53,281 nucleotides of DNA from Acanthaster planci. Lineage: Eukaryota. The DNA is taken from NCBI RefSeq assembly GCF_001949145.1, contig NW_019091359.1:3777159-3830439 (forward strand), given 5' to 3'. A model generated the notes under the pieces. It worked only from the letters and a program-made list of their open reading frames with translations, made no database searches and had not been told where the DNA came from. The position numbers and the translations under genes were made by a program. Shown here piece by piece: positions 25,977 to 37,449 of the stretch; positions within the stretch are counted from its first letter, which is position 1; each line of letters begins with the position of its first letter.

Positions 25977-28353
25977 TAGCATTATTTTGTACTCAAATAC
26001 CAATGGTTTTCCGCCTCTTTCTCCATGTTTACCATATCTTTCACTTAAATGTGACCATAAAAGTTCAATACATAATCTAGTAAATGTAAAAATAAATTAA
26101 AGCAATAATACATAATTCCTTTCGTACTCCCCTAGGGAACACTCAAACCTGTACCCCCCTTACATGACCTTTCAGTTTGAATGAGTTTATGCTTTTAGAT
26201 AGCATTTTAAATACTCATTAAAAAAATCAACAGTAGAAATGTTCATATGTATATTGATCATAATACATTGTTGGAATCAGCCTGTGTTTTTTGCAAAAAT
26301 GAAATAAATGAGACTTATTTCCAACAGGGAACACTGACATGTTGTCAGTTTACCATTGCTAGCTTGGTTCATAATTTATTTGTTTTTGCAGGCACTTTGT
26401 AGGTTCATTACATGTACATGTAAAAGTGTCCAATTTTTGTTATAATGTATGCATAACTAATACTAGTTGTAAAGTTATTTGTTTACTCATGTAAAGAATT
26501 GCTCTTTTAGGAGAATGCTTATTTTCTGCATAATGTGCAAATAAGACTTGAACAAAAATTTGTTTTTCTTTTAAAGAGAAATAAAATTAAATCCTCGGGC
26601 TTCTTGGAACTGAGGGAGTCTTTTCCTGTGCATGTTTTCACAAGGAAGTACACCCTGTAAACTATGTTCACTGTAAGACCAGGCCAAATAATAAATGGAC
26701 TGTCTTTGACGTTATTTGAATTTGGGGAACTGTCCTCACAAGTACACATTCCACGCCAAGTTTCATCAAATTTGGATGCACTAGTCTTGAATGCCTAATT
26801 TTGGATGCAAGTTGTGGTAAAATGTTATTCGGACCATTAAAAAGTAAACATTTCAAGTTGGCAGTGCGGTTTATATGACCATTGTACAAAAAAAAAATGC
26901 TTCATCTGGTTTGGCAAAAGGTATGCAGACGTATCAATCAAATTATGAACTGCTTTGTTTCTTTGGGGTCAACTTATCCTGATTAGTAATGTTTATGGTT
27001 TATTTCTTAGCTTCTAGGTTCTATTTACCGTTTTTATTTAATGATAAAATTAGTGACAGTTCAACACGAACGCGTTCCATACCAGCAGAATTTAGACACA
27101 TTTTTAATAGTTGCATAGCTTTTCCAGATTAATGTGTAAGATCAATCTTCAATTTGCCCATTTGTTTAGCAGTGTACTAAGGGTAAATATTGTTGCATAC
27201 ATGTAAAAAATTACATGCATTTTTTTTCTGTGAAATTCGTATGTCATTACACACCTTTCAAATTGCAAAATAAAAGCAACGCAAGAATTTCTATATTTAC
27301 TGGATTGTCATGTTCGTGTTCTGATGTTTATAATTCCTTTTGCTGTTAAGTTGTACTATTGGTCAAATTCAAAAATATAAGTTCAATGTAAACAGTATAG
27401 TTATACTAGCCATTTAAGCTTAAGCTGTGAATAGAATCTTACTGGATTTATGCACATCATGGCAGTTGTTTAAATGCCATCGGCAATTAGCAATTCTTCC
27501 AGTTTTGAGGTTTTTGGCTCTGGCTGTGTGCCCTTTTAGTGCTTCCAAGGGATGAATACAAAACAATTTGAATTTTTGGACATCCCAAATGCCTTCTTAT
27601 TTAGTTAAAAGGATAAGAACTTGACCAATTTTTATTGAATTAACCTGACATGCCACACTAAGCCTAAAATTAAAAAAAGCAAGTCAAAAACTCAAAAAAC
27701 AATCGCATGATCTCCTTTCCAGGTTTGAGATGCACTTCATCGGTACTGGTGAAAACTTGATTGATATACGAAACATACCTACATGTACATGAAATACATC
27801 ACAATTGCAATGTATTTTGAAGTACACTGTAACTTTACAAGGGGTACATAAGGTGAAACAAACTTTAATAAAAAAATTCTTTTCACACACTTTCTGCATA
27901 TAAACCATTTGAAATTATTTTCAAATGTAAAATATTTTAGATGCATTCACTGTCTTAGACATTTGTTCAGTTTTTGCGACTAGAGGACCCCCAAAATGCA
28001 ATTTATTCAACGCCACTAAGTGTACGCTGGATCTAAGTTTATGACTGCCACAACTTCCTTTAAGACTTGACATGCAATCTACATGACATGTCAATGACAA
28101 GTACTGTTGTATTTCACATATTCCTTCAGCAAAAAGTGAATAAAAACTGTTTTCAGAATTTTGATTATTCTTTATTTCAGTGCAATTTATTGATGGGAAA
28201 ATACTTTAATGAATGCCACAGTTTTTTTTAAACATCTCATTTATTTTACAACAAAACAAAGTTCATCTTTCAATTACCAGTCTCCTAGGAAACAAGCAAT
28301 TTGGATGTCAGTGAAAAGAGTTTGAAAAAATGGCGTGATCGGATGATGTCATT

Positions 28354-28560
28354 TTAAAACCCTTCATCAGAAGAAAATGATGTGATATTACACTGTCTTG
28401 GCTCCACCCTTTCAGCTTGTAAAGTTCGCCGGCCCAGTGATGCACTGAGTCCTTCAATGAACATCTCCACAGTCTCCGTGTTGAGAATAGGATTGTAGAA
28501 TGATTGGAGACGTCTGGTTCGTAAGTTGTATCGGGTCTGAGTGGGAGTTTTGCTGTTTTC
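28354..28560 (-). CDS. GEX1-like last coding exon
   Basis: ttcattcag|ENSKTPTQTRYNLRTRRLQSFYNPILNTETVEMF...SFSSDEGF*; this frame is not the one shown in the ORF track. Confidence 0.8.
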   Translation of the reverse strand, partial: ENSKTPTQTRYNLRTRRLQSFYNPILNTETVEMFIEGLSASLGRRTLQAERVEPRQCNITSFSSDEGF

Positions 28561-31500
28561 CTGAATGAATTTAAGGTTATCATCAAATTAGTGCAGAAGC
28601 AAGGATGAAAAAACATACCAGTATTTGAAAAAATTAACAGCTTTAAAAATTTGGAAGCTACAATCCTGGACAAAATAGTTGGAACACTATGTGGGAAGCG
28701 TGGTGAAAAGATCCCCCTCTCCCCAATTCAATGTTGCAGTCATTTATTGGACCAAGATTCCGCCCAGCCTACTCAATGAGAAACAACATTGACTGGGGGA
28801 GAGGGGGAAGCATGTTCCAACAAGATTTGTCCAGGACTATAGATGAAAAATTCATAAGCATGTTACATGAATACTAGTTTTACAGCTTTCTCATGTTTAT
28901 CAAGATTAGGTTTGGTCATTTAGAATGCAAAGCTCTGGTATGAAAAATACTGTACATTTCTGAGCATCCTAGTTCTTAAGAAAAATAGCCCTAACATTTT
29001 CAACGGAAATAAGTAAGTTCCAGCTTTACATGCCCTAAATTCTACAAAATCCAAGCATAGTACTTCAATGGCTTCTAGACTGTGAAGCCAAAACCTGATT
29101 TTACATGAGGGTTAGGAAGTCAGAATTTGTCAAATTCAGACACATTTCATTTCTTTTCAACAACTTAGAAATGCACCTTACACTCTGTGGTGTAGACTGT
29201 CTGCTCTTGCTACCTTTAGGTCGACCTCTTTTTCTCTTGACTGTTGGTGTGCTACCAATAAAGCTTGTATCTGGTGAATCCACTTGGAAAGGGGAGTTCA
29301 CTGCCAAAAAGTCAAATCAAATTGGAGTTTGTATGGTTTCTTTTTTAACACAGCTTTAATTAATGGGTTTTTACTTGATCTGTTGAGCTACATGTTTACA
29401 TGTATGTACATGGACAACAGGTAATCTGACTCTACACAGTAATGGCAACCCTTGAGTGGGACATACCAGGTGTTAGCTTTCTACCCTTATATTTCTATCC
29501 TTGTGGGGAAAATCTTTTGTTCTTGAGTCGTAAAAAATTAGAGTGCGAAGCACAGTTTTCTAATTGCTTCCATTTGGTCCTGAATCATTTTCCTTAGCTG
29601 AAATTTCAACCGAGCATCCCTCATATAAAACACTTCAATTTGCGACAGATAAACTACTTTGAAAATTCCTTATTTTTAAGTAAGTTCCAAATAAACGTTT
29701 CATGAAATTCTTCTGGGGTATCATTTTGGTACCTACAGGTGCAAGGAATGTTCCTTGTTGTGCACTTCCCATTGTTGTGGTACCTCACAAGGCACCATAA
29801 ACACACGCATACAGGTTTGTGCATGTATATTGAGTCCTGATAGGTATGCATGGACCTGGCACGACATGTGGTACCCATTTGAAATGGTCGGCATTGGTTA
29901 CCCCATTAGTTTCTCTTTATGGAGGTGACAAGATGGACTAGTCTGGTGACAAGTATATGCCACGACTTGGGTGGTATTATGCGCCAAAAGCTTCACAAAA
30001 CTGAATTCAAATGCATCGAATTTTAGAACCATATGCAACATGCACACAGTCTTGGTAAAATCAAACTATTGCAATTGCACCATATCCTCTCAGTTCTACT
30101 TTTCATAAACTCATCATGCAAGTTTGCTGAAAAGGAAAACATTCCAATTTCCAGAACTTCCAAACAAGGAATGGAGGTGAAAGGAAGGGGGCAGAGTTAA
30201 AAAATTTACCTGAATTGTTTAATCCTTCCACAAAGCCATCATTTGATGAAAATTGACTACTTCTCCTTCTCTGATCCAGAGTAGTTGTTGGACTGGCAGG
30301 ACGACTGATTGGGTGACTAACCTGTCTTGCTGTGATGAAGCTCTGTGTGTCAGATGGTTCATCAGTGTCTGATGAGTTACGTGCGCCTATGTAGGTAGGA
30401 TCACTGTCAGAGCTTGTGAAGTTGTCTGAACTGTAGCCATCAACTGTGGTTACGGAGGCAATTATTGGGAAAATGGGTTTTATGGTCGAAAGTAAACTCG
30501 TATTATGATCAATTTGTGCCCCTAAAAGATGGCACTGAATGCTAACTTTCAATCTAAATTTTCATGCATGGTAGGACACAACTTATCCATGGCAGTGTGC
30601 ATGTATATACGACACTGGGCTTAAAACTCTGCAGAAGTCTTTGAATTAGGAATGGACATTACAAAGTCAACTGCACTGTTGTTAGCTACTTGTCAAACCT
30701 GAGCAATCTTTTCCCAGTGGATATCTAATAACACCTTTTGCTAAAATAGGAATATATTGGATATCACTAAGTCAGTTCATTGCTGTTAGCTACTTGTAGA
30801 ACCGGAGCTATCTTTCTTCCTGAAAACTAAAGGCCTTGGCTTATTTGTTCTCCTACAGGTAAGAAAATGTTCATGTTTGCAGTAGGCCTATTCACAGGTC
30901 ATTCAATGCCAAGTCAGTAAAATATTGTTAGGTATCCATCTCAGATTAGCATTAAACGTCAATGAAGTGTAGTATCTTCACGTTAAATACCTGCCACTGT
31001 GTGTAGCATGCTGTCACAATAGTCCTGGCCATGTGACAGGGACTTCTGTCCTGTAACTAGCGACATGGCAGTTGTACCTGACGACGGTAGAGCTGCAGCT
31101 ACACTGTTACTCCCAAGCGCAGGGTAAGAATTCAGACCTTCCAAATAACAAGACATCACATCCAAAAAGTCTCAGCATCATCGGAAATAGAAATGTTGAC
31201 TTATTGGTGAATATTTTCCAAGACGTTACTTACTACACAATCACAGATCTCATTGTTTGTATGAAGACATACTAAAAAATTGCCTCAAAGGGAGAGTTCT
31301 GAATTTTCCTGAAAATAAATGTACAAAGACATTTAACATTTCCTGTTTAAACTATGTATTTTTACTTTGTTAAAGGGAGAATTTTCAACACTGGGTGAAA
31401 TATTTTTACAGTGATAAGTTATCCCATCTAATAATTAGGCAAAGCTGTTTGGGAATTTTAGATTCTCAATACACTCAGCGATATTTAAACAAAATTTACT

Positions 31501-34500
31501 TGGCACCAATATGGCATAATCATTGAACACTGCTTCCCCAAACCAGCCTAAAACTGACAACATTCCACCAAACTTTTCTGCGGAAAACTGACCTAATCCT
31601 TTCATGGCACGACACATCTCAGAGTTTTGTCGTTTTATCTCAAGTAGAAGCATGTTGTTTGCTGCCACCAAATCTTTGTATCGATACGCACACAAGCAGA
31701 GAACCAGAACCGCCATTAAACCAAAACCCTTCCGACAAAACCACATGTACTCATAAAGTTGTGTCTATAAGAAAAACAAAGCAATTCTTGTGACAAGGTA
31801 TAAAATACAAAAAGTGTTGACAAGGTCACAGGGTAAAGAAATTGGTTATTTTGGAACGTAGCAAGGTAAACATGGCTTGAGTGTTTTTAGTTCATTAGGT
31901 CCTTGAAAAGGGTGTAAAAATTCCATGAGCCATTTTTGACTTCACTATGATCTACTGAGCATTGCTAGTTCTTGAGACTGGTTGTCATGGTAATTAGGGC
32001 TCAGTCAATTCGAATAATTCCCTATTTGAATATTCGATCTTCAATTCAATCGAATATCCGAATATTCGGCCATACCGACTGGCAGATTGTTGAAGAACAA
32101 ACCATATACAAAATCAGTTGCAATAACGTACACAATTGTACATTATAATCGCTATAATAGCTTTTCACGTCTACGAGTATCTCCAGCCACGATTTAGCAA
32201 GATTCATGAGATGAATAATTCTTCTTTTCCTGTTGAAAATGTATATTCCTTTTAAATTTTTTAATGAATAATGTATATTTTGACTCATTGTAAGGTTTCT
32301 GTTGCTTTTCATTTGAATCTGCTTGGACCAAGCCTCCTTAGTGCAATTTTTTTCATTTAACAAAAGAAAACTCTCCCTCCCTTTTCATGAATTTTGCATA
32401 AGAGTATTCAAATTCGAAAAAAAATTCGAATATGCAATAATCGGTTGAATATTCGGTTATTCGGCACAGCCTTAATAGTAATCTTGGCTTAACTTGGTTG
32501 CCCAATTTCTCTCGAGTGAAAACCCAGAGTCTCACAACATATATGTACCGTAGAAGTCAGTGACTTAATGGCATTCACAAGTTTTGGAGTGTGCCTCATG
32601 AAGCAACAATCACACATTACCTGATCACTGTCAGGGACTTGAAACAGAGCTCTTTCAACCATCCAGTCCACTCCTAGGATAATAAATAGCCAGAGTCTTG
32701 CTCCGCTAGTGCGTGGTGTAGAGGTCACCAGGTATGCAATTAGTATGGCAGCAGCAAAAAATAGAAGTGAATTGAACCAGCTGAATTCTCCCAGGATCAG
32801 ATGTTGAATATCAGTTACACGGCTGAATGTTTCCTCAAATAGACGCTTCTGGGTCTGTGTCTGGTCCTTCACCTCAGCAAAGACATTCTGGTGGCCATGA
32901 TAAAATTGACGAGCTAACAGATGACATACTGTACTTGTATGCTAAAATCCATTGATTCCTTAAAATTTGAGTCTTAAGCTGCCAACAGGAGTGCATTCAG
33001 TGTTACATGTATGTCCAAAGTCACATGGGTTGAGATAGATTGGAGTCACATGGACTCTACACATAGACACAAGAACAATGTTGCTGCTGACTGATACTTG
33101 AGGCCTACAGAATGATGCAAAGAGTTTGGGTTATTCTACATTAAAGTAACTGATCATACATACATGTATAAGCTCTGAATCAAGGCTGTATGCACAAACA
33201 AATCACTGGGGGTTTTCCAAAATATCAAACATTCTTACTCATCTTCCCTTCACATATTTTTTTCAGGATAATGGCTTCAGAATTGGAAAATAACATGTGT
33301 CTTAATTTCCAAACCATGTATTTTGTCCAAGTTTTTGTGAGTAGTTGCTGTCAAGGTAATTTCAAATATTAAACTCGACCACCAAAGTAGGTAGACATAT
33401 TTGTTATTTTGATTTCTGGATTATTATGGTGAAAAATTCCTGGAAGTCCATTTGTAAGAAAGCAACTCCTTTCAGTCATGATACCTTGATATCCTGTGAG
33501 GATGTCTGAAGGGCATCTCTTAGTTTCTCCTCACTTTGCAAGATGAGGTCCTGCTGCTTGAGTGATTCGCCCTGCTTTTCAATCATTTCCTCCTGTAGTT
33601 TACCTATCAAAGTCAAGAAACTGTTGCTTACAAGATGCTGCAGTTTCTTGCATTTGTATAAGTATGTGTGTATGTCAACTATTGTTTGATCCATATTTTG
33701 CATGCCGATGCCAAAGGGGAGTCCCAAAGATATCTACATGTATGCTGGTGAGGATATTATGGAATATTTTGCAGTGGGAACTGCAAGACCAAGAGAGGGT
33801 GCTATTTTCTTAGCAACAGAGGCTCCTTTGGTTGGAATTGAGCTTTGCTGGTTCACGAATGACTAGGAAATGCTTATATCACGGTCACATTGCTACCAAC
33901 TAAATAAACAAATGACTAGGAAATGCTTGTATCACGGTCACATTGCTACCAACTAAATAAACGAAGGACTAGGAAATGCTTGTATCACGGTCACATTGCT
34001 ACCAACTAAATAAACGAAGGACTAGGAAATGCTTGTATCACGGTCACATTGCTACCAACTAAATAAACCAATGACTAGGAAATGCTTGTATCACGGTCAC
34101 ATTGCTACCAACTAAATAACCACTCCTGACCAACGCAGCTCTTTCAACCGACGAGAGGGTGCTTATGCTCAAGGCGGATTAACAAGGGTAATCTTGGATA
34201 CATAACAGCTTTCAGAATCTTGAGTGTGGGATCTGCAGGCATGTGATATACATGTACATGTCTTAACCAGGAATGTCCAAGGTAAAGAATAAAAAAATGA
34301 AAATCATTCTGGGTGTAGGATCTGAAGGAGTGTGACACATTAAACAAAGATATCTAGGCTACTGAATGAACTTGACAATTATAACCGTGGCCTTGAACAA
34401 ACTGTTGTATTAATCACCAACCTGTGACCTCCATCTTGTCAGCCACATTTTCTGAGCTCTGGGCCAGTCTAGATACAGTCTGCTCTGTTTGCTCATGCCA

Positions 34501-35869
34501 AACCTGGCTCTGTAAGAAGAAGCAGATGTCTTGGGTATGTGTGAAGAATTCTGTGTAAGCGTTGAATGCTACAGCATCACCTTTCAGCTGTTGTAGGCAT
34601 AATTGGATGTTTGCTGTCCCTTCACAGGGATAAGATGTCAGACCCGCTTTCTCTAAGTGACAGTTAGCAAAGGTCAAGGCAAGGTAACTTTGCTCATCAT
34701 CTGTCAATCTCTTGCATCCTGCCAAAAAATGAACCAAGTATCAGTACAAATATCAGAGTTTTTTACTCAAGGAGCAAACACTAAAAAACATTGGGGATCT
34801 AGAATACAAATTTGCTCAGACAAGGGCAAAGAGAATCATTATCGGTGCAAAGACAATTCTCTGGATTTCCAATATTGTTCTGTCAAACTACAAATTCATC
34901 AAAAGAAAGGCATTTAAATATGGTGACATTGGTTAAATGTTGAAAGTGTTAAACCTAAGCAACATATACATATCCAAAGTCTTGGGGGGAAAATTGGAGC
35001 AGAAACAAAGTAAACAAGCTTTTACAGTCCTTTGCAAAAGTTTAAGACCACCTGGAATTTTATGGGTATTTCTGTAAATGGGCCTGCATTCCTTTGTCTT
35101 ATCTGATGATTACATAACATGTCTACCACAGTGGTCATAACATGAAAGTAGTGCTATGAGCCTATTTGAATGAACGTTTTTGCCAAGACAGGTCTTGTAT
35201 GGCATTTTGTCTTTACTGCAGCATGGGTAAAAAGCCTGTCTTAGTCAGGTTCAATGGGCCTAAACGGTGACCCTCCTTCAAGAGGGCTACTCTGAACATC
35301 AAATTAGCGAGAGGGCTGGTTGCAGCAAGACTGCTATGCACCACGCCTTTTCAAAATTTCAAAGAGATGGCTCATTTTCTGACCAGAAAAGGCATGGTCG
35401 TCCAAGAAAAACTACCCCCTGTGAAGACCATGTGATCCGGCAAATTATTGTGAAGGATTCCTTGAGTTCTTGTTGACAGATTATTTAGCTTTGAAGTTCA
35501 CAGGGACAAATGTTAATTTAAGCACCATTTCTCGCCGTTTGAAAATAAATAAACAAATGTGAGTTTCAAAGATTTATTTGCTAAAGTTTGGTTTTCCTTC
35601 GAGTTACTGCATTTTGTATGGTGGTCTTAAACTTTTGCAAATGACGGTACATGTACGTGTACAAACATGTACATACCTTCATGCACTTGCTCCAGTGCAG
35701 TTGTCCAGCATTTGCCATATCGTGGGTGTTCCCCATATTGTCTTATCTGGGTCAGCATTTGTTCTCCTTCTTTAGCTCTTACAACTCCTTGCTCATATCT
35801 TCCTTCTCCACAGACAAGAAGTATAACTTCTGATATGAAGGCGGTGATAAGTAGAAGATTCATCGCCAT
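28354..35869 (-). CDS. GEX1/KAR5/Brambleberry-family nuclear membrane fusion protein (GEX1-like), about 610 aa
   Basis: complement join(35677-35869,34422-34718,33485-33603,32621-32887,31593-31764,30991-31137,30210-30521,29182-29300,28354-28560) = 1833 nt, phases consistent, GT-AG. Signal peptide, Cys-rich CWTTAL..GCKRL..LALTFANCHL..G..YPC..C..AF.AYTEFFTH..DICFFLQ..W, coiled coil and 3 TM helices. Confidence 0.85.
28659..28841. mobile_element. Palindromic MITE, TA-flanked (Tc1/mariner-like)
   Basis: ta-caatcctggacaaaatagttggaaca ... tgttccaacaagatttgtccaggacta-ta; inner inverted pair ccccctctccccc..caatgttg / caacattg..gggggagagggg. Confidence 0.75.
29182..29300 (-). CDS. GEX1-like exon 8 (AT-hook)
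   Basis: tttttggcag|..STPTVKRKRGRPKGSKSRQSTPQS|gtaagg. Confidence 0.85.
30210..30521 (-). CDS. GEX1-like exon 7 (Ser/Asp-rich; acceptor may instead be 30443)
   Basis: VDGYSSDNFTSSDSDPTY...SRPASPTTT; donor CAG|gtaaat. Confidence 0.75.
30991..31137 (-). CDS. GEX1-like exon 6 (low-complexity tail)
   Basis: Open frame with phase-1/phase-1 sites; strong donor CAG|gtattt, weaker aag acceptor. Confidence 0.65.
31593..31764 (-). CDS. GEX1-like exon 5 (TM3)
   Basis: TQLYEYMWFCRKGFGLMAVLVLCLCAYRYKDLVAANNMLLLEIKRQNSEM. Confidence 0.9.
31995..32474. mobile_element. hAT-like MITE
   Basis: Termini TAGGGCT.../...AGCCTTA; subterminal CGAATA/TATTCG repeats at both ends; 8-bp TSD atggtaat / atagtaat (7/8). 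Confidence 0.8.
32621..32887 (-). CDS. GEX1-like exon 4 (TM1, TM2)
   Basis: NVFAEVKDQ...GEFSWFNSLLFFAAAILIAYLVTSTPRTSGARLWLFIILGVDWMVERALF. Confidence 0.92.
33485..33603 (-). CDS. GEX1-like exon 3 (coiled coil)
   Basis: KLQEEMIEKQGESLKQQDLILQSEEKLRDALQTSSQDIK. Confidence 0.9.
33855..34119. repeat. Minisatellite, 53-bp unit x ~5
   Basis: gactaggaaatgcttgtatcacggtcacattgctaccaactaaataaac... recurs at 33861, 33914, 33967, 34020 and 34073. Confidence 0.97.
34422..34718 (-). CDS. GEX1-like exon 2 (Cys-rich domain)
   Basis: CKRLTDDEQSYLALTFANCHLEKAG...DICFFLQSQVWHEQTEQTVSRL. Confidence 0.92.
35025..35647 (+). mobile_element. Internally deleted Tc1-type DNA transposon
   Basis: TA TSDs; 28-bp TIRs cagtcctttgcaaaagtttaagaccacc (26/28 match); transposase N-terminal remnant at 35223-35476 (HTH EGYSEHQISERAGCSKTAMHH, GRPRKTT). 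Confidence 0.92.
35677..35869 (-). CDS. GEX1-like coding exon 1 (signal peptide, start of Cys-rich domain)
   Basis: MAMNLLLITAFISEVILLVCG...GKCWTTALEQVHEG|gtatgt; upstream acceptor at 35899-35900. Confidence 0.88.
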
Positions 35870-37449
35870 GATACATGTACGGTATGCAGCTCAAATGGCT
35901 ATAAGAAAGACAAGAAAACTTACCAACATTCATTCAAATGACACAAGAAAACACGGGTACAAAAAAGAGTAAATGCTATATAGTTGAGGGCCCAACCCCC
36001 TCAGACTATACAGACATCATGCTTTCATTCTGCCAGGCATCAAAAGTTTTCTACACCCTTGGCCAAAACATTTGCAATCATCCAGATTACAGTCTACCAT
36101 TTTGAATGACATACATGTAGGTAGAATATCCCCGTCCGTAATAGTCTTCGTATTGTATAAACAAATTACCTTGGCTCTTGTGGGCCCCATTCTGCCAATG
36201 GCAGTTCCATATATCCAACTCTCAAGTGCACAATTCTCATACTAGCCAGTTACTATGGCCTGCACATTTCAATAACTTGATGCACTTTTAGTCTAGAACA
36301 GTATCCCTGTAATTATGTTGAAGGATAACCGGTACCCTGCACGTGGGATATATTACTGGTAAACAATGTGGCTTATTTTAATGTTATAGGAACAGGCTCC
36401 TTCATCTGAGCCCATCTCTTTAAGTGCAAGGTGTCCTAAAACAGAAAATGGGGATTAGGGGTTGAAATATTCAGTTACATGTATTGATAAAATTGTTTGG
36501 TTTTTATTTGGATTCGAAAGCAAATGTTGTTGGAGCTTTCATTCGGTACCAACAAGATGAAGATGCTTGGGTCATGCATGACCCTACAGCAACAGAACAG
36601 GGAAAATAGAATCTTGTTTTCATTACTTGATTGTCCTATGTGTGTCATCGGACTAACATGGTGGGCAGGCATTATGCACTGCACTGTAAAGTTGTGAAGG
36701 GAAGGGATATACCTTGAGGGTCATCTAAACACAAATGCTCCAATAATACATTTTTTGTACATATTCATTTTTTTGAAGGCAGCCTTTGAATCTGAAATTG
36801 TTTACAGTCATAGAGGACACTCGCGTAATGAAAACAAGATACCATCACCCTGTTTCTGAATATGGTCAAGCAGATATATGGAGGTTAGCTGGCAACCCAA
36901 TGCTTGGTCGACACCTGTGATGTATCCGAAGTGCAGGGTGTGTTTGGATTGTTGTCACGAGGAAAACGTAAGGTTGGTGGGTTAATTAAAAATATTGATC
37001 TGATATAACTCAGTAACTGGGCTGCATGTGGGTCATTCTATGACTTGGGGGTGCAATTTTTTGTGTCCCTGTCAGTGTGTCACATCCATCTGATTTGTAC
37101 GCCTAAGTTCAGAACACATTCTCTAATTTCTAATCTAAGAAAGAGTGATGAACTGATGTAAACTTGGCCCTACCTGCCAAACACATAGAAATAGTTTGAA
37201 ATAAATTGTGATATTTCCGTGCGAAATTACACAAGTAAGGTGTAACAGGGACATAAAAATGTCACGTTTGGACCTTAAATTTATCGAACAACCCATTCAA
37301 AAATGTGTTACGTACATGTACGGCCGCATTAGTATTGCGAACTCAAAAAAAGTACATGTAGTTGCGCAAACGCAGTAGTACCACTAGCAGTACTTGTACA
37401 TTAGTACATGGAGGAAGGAAGGTAGGACCTACATGTACATGTACCCCTA

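Noticed and set aside
28308..28673. 121-aa ORF from the track
   Set aside because: Wrong frame; the phase-0 splice gives ENSKTPTQTRYNLR...FSSDEGF* instead
30675..30820. Short direct duplication (gttagctacttgt...gagc.atcttt)
   Set aside because: Two diverged ~40-bp intronic copies with no evident function
33855..34119. Possible CRISPR-like array
   Set aside because: Head-to-tail units with no unique spacers, inside a eukaryotic intron; the same applies to 53181-53281
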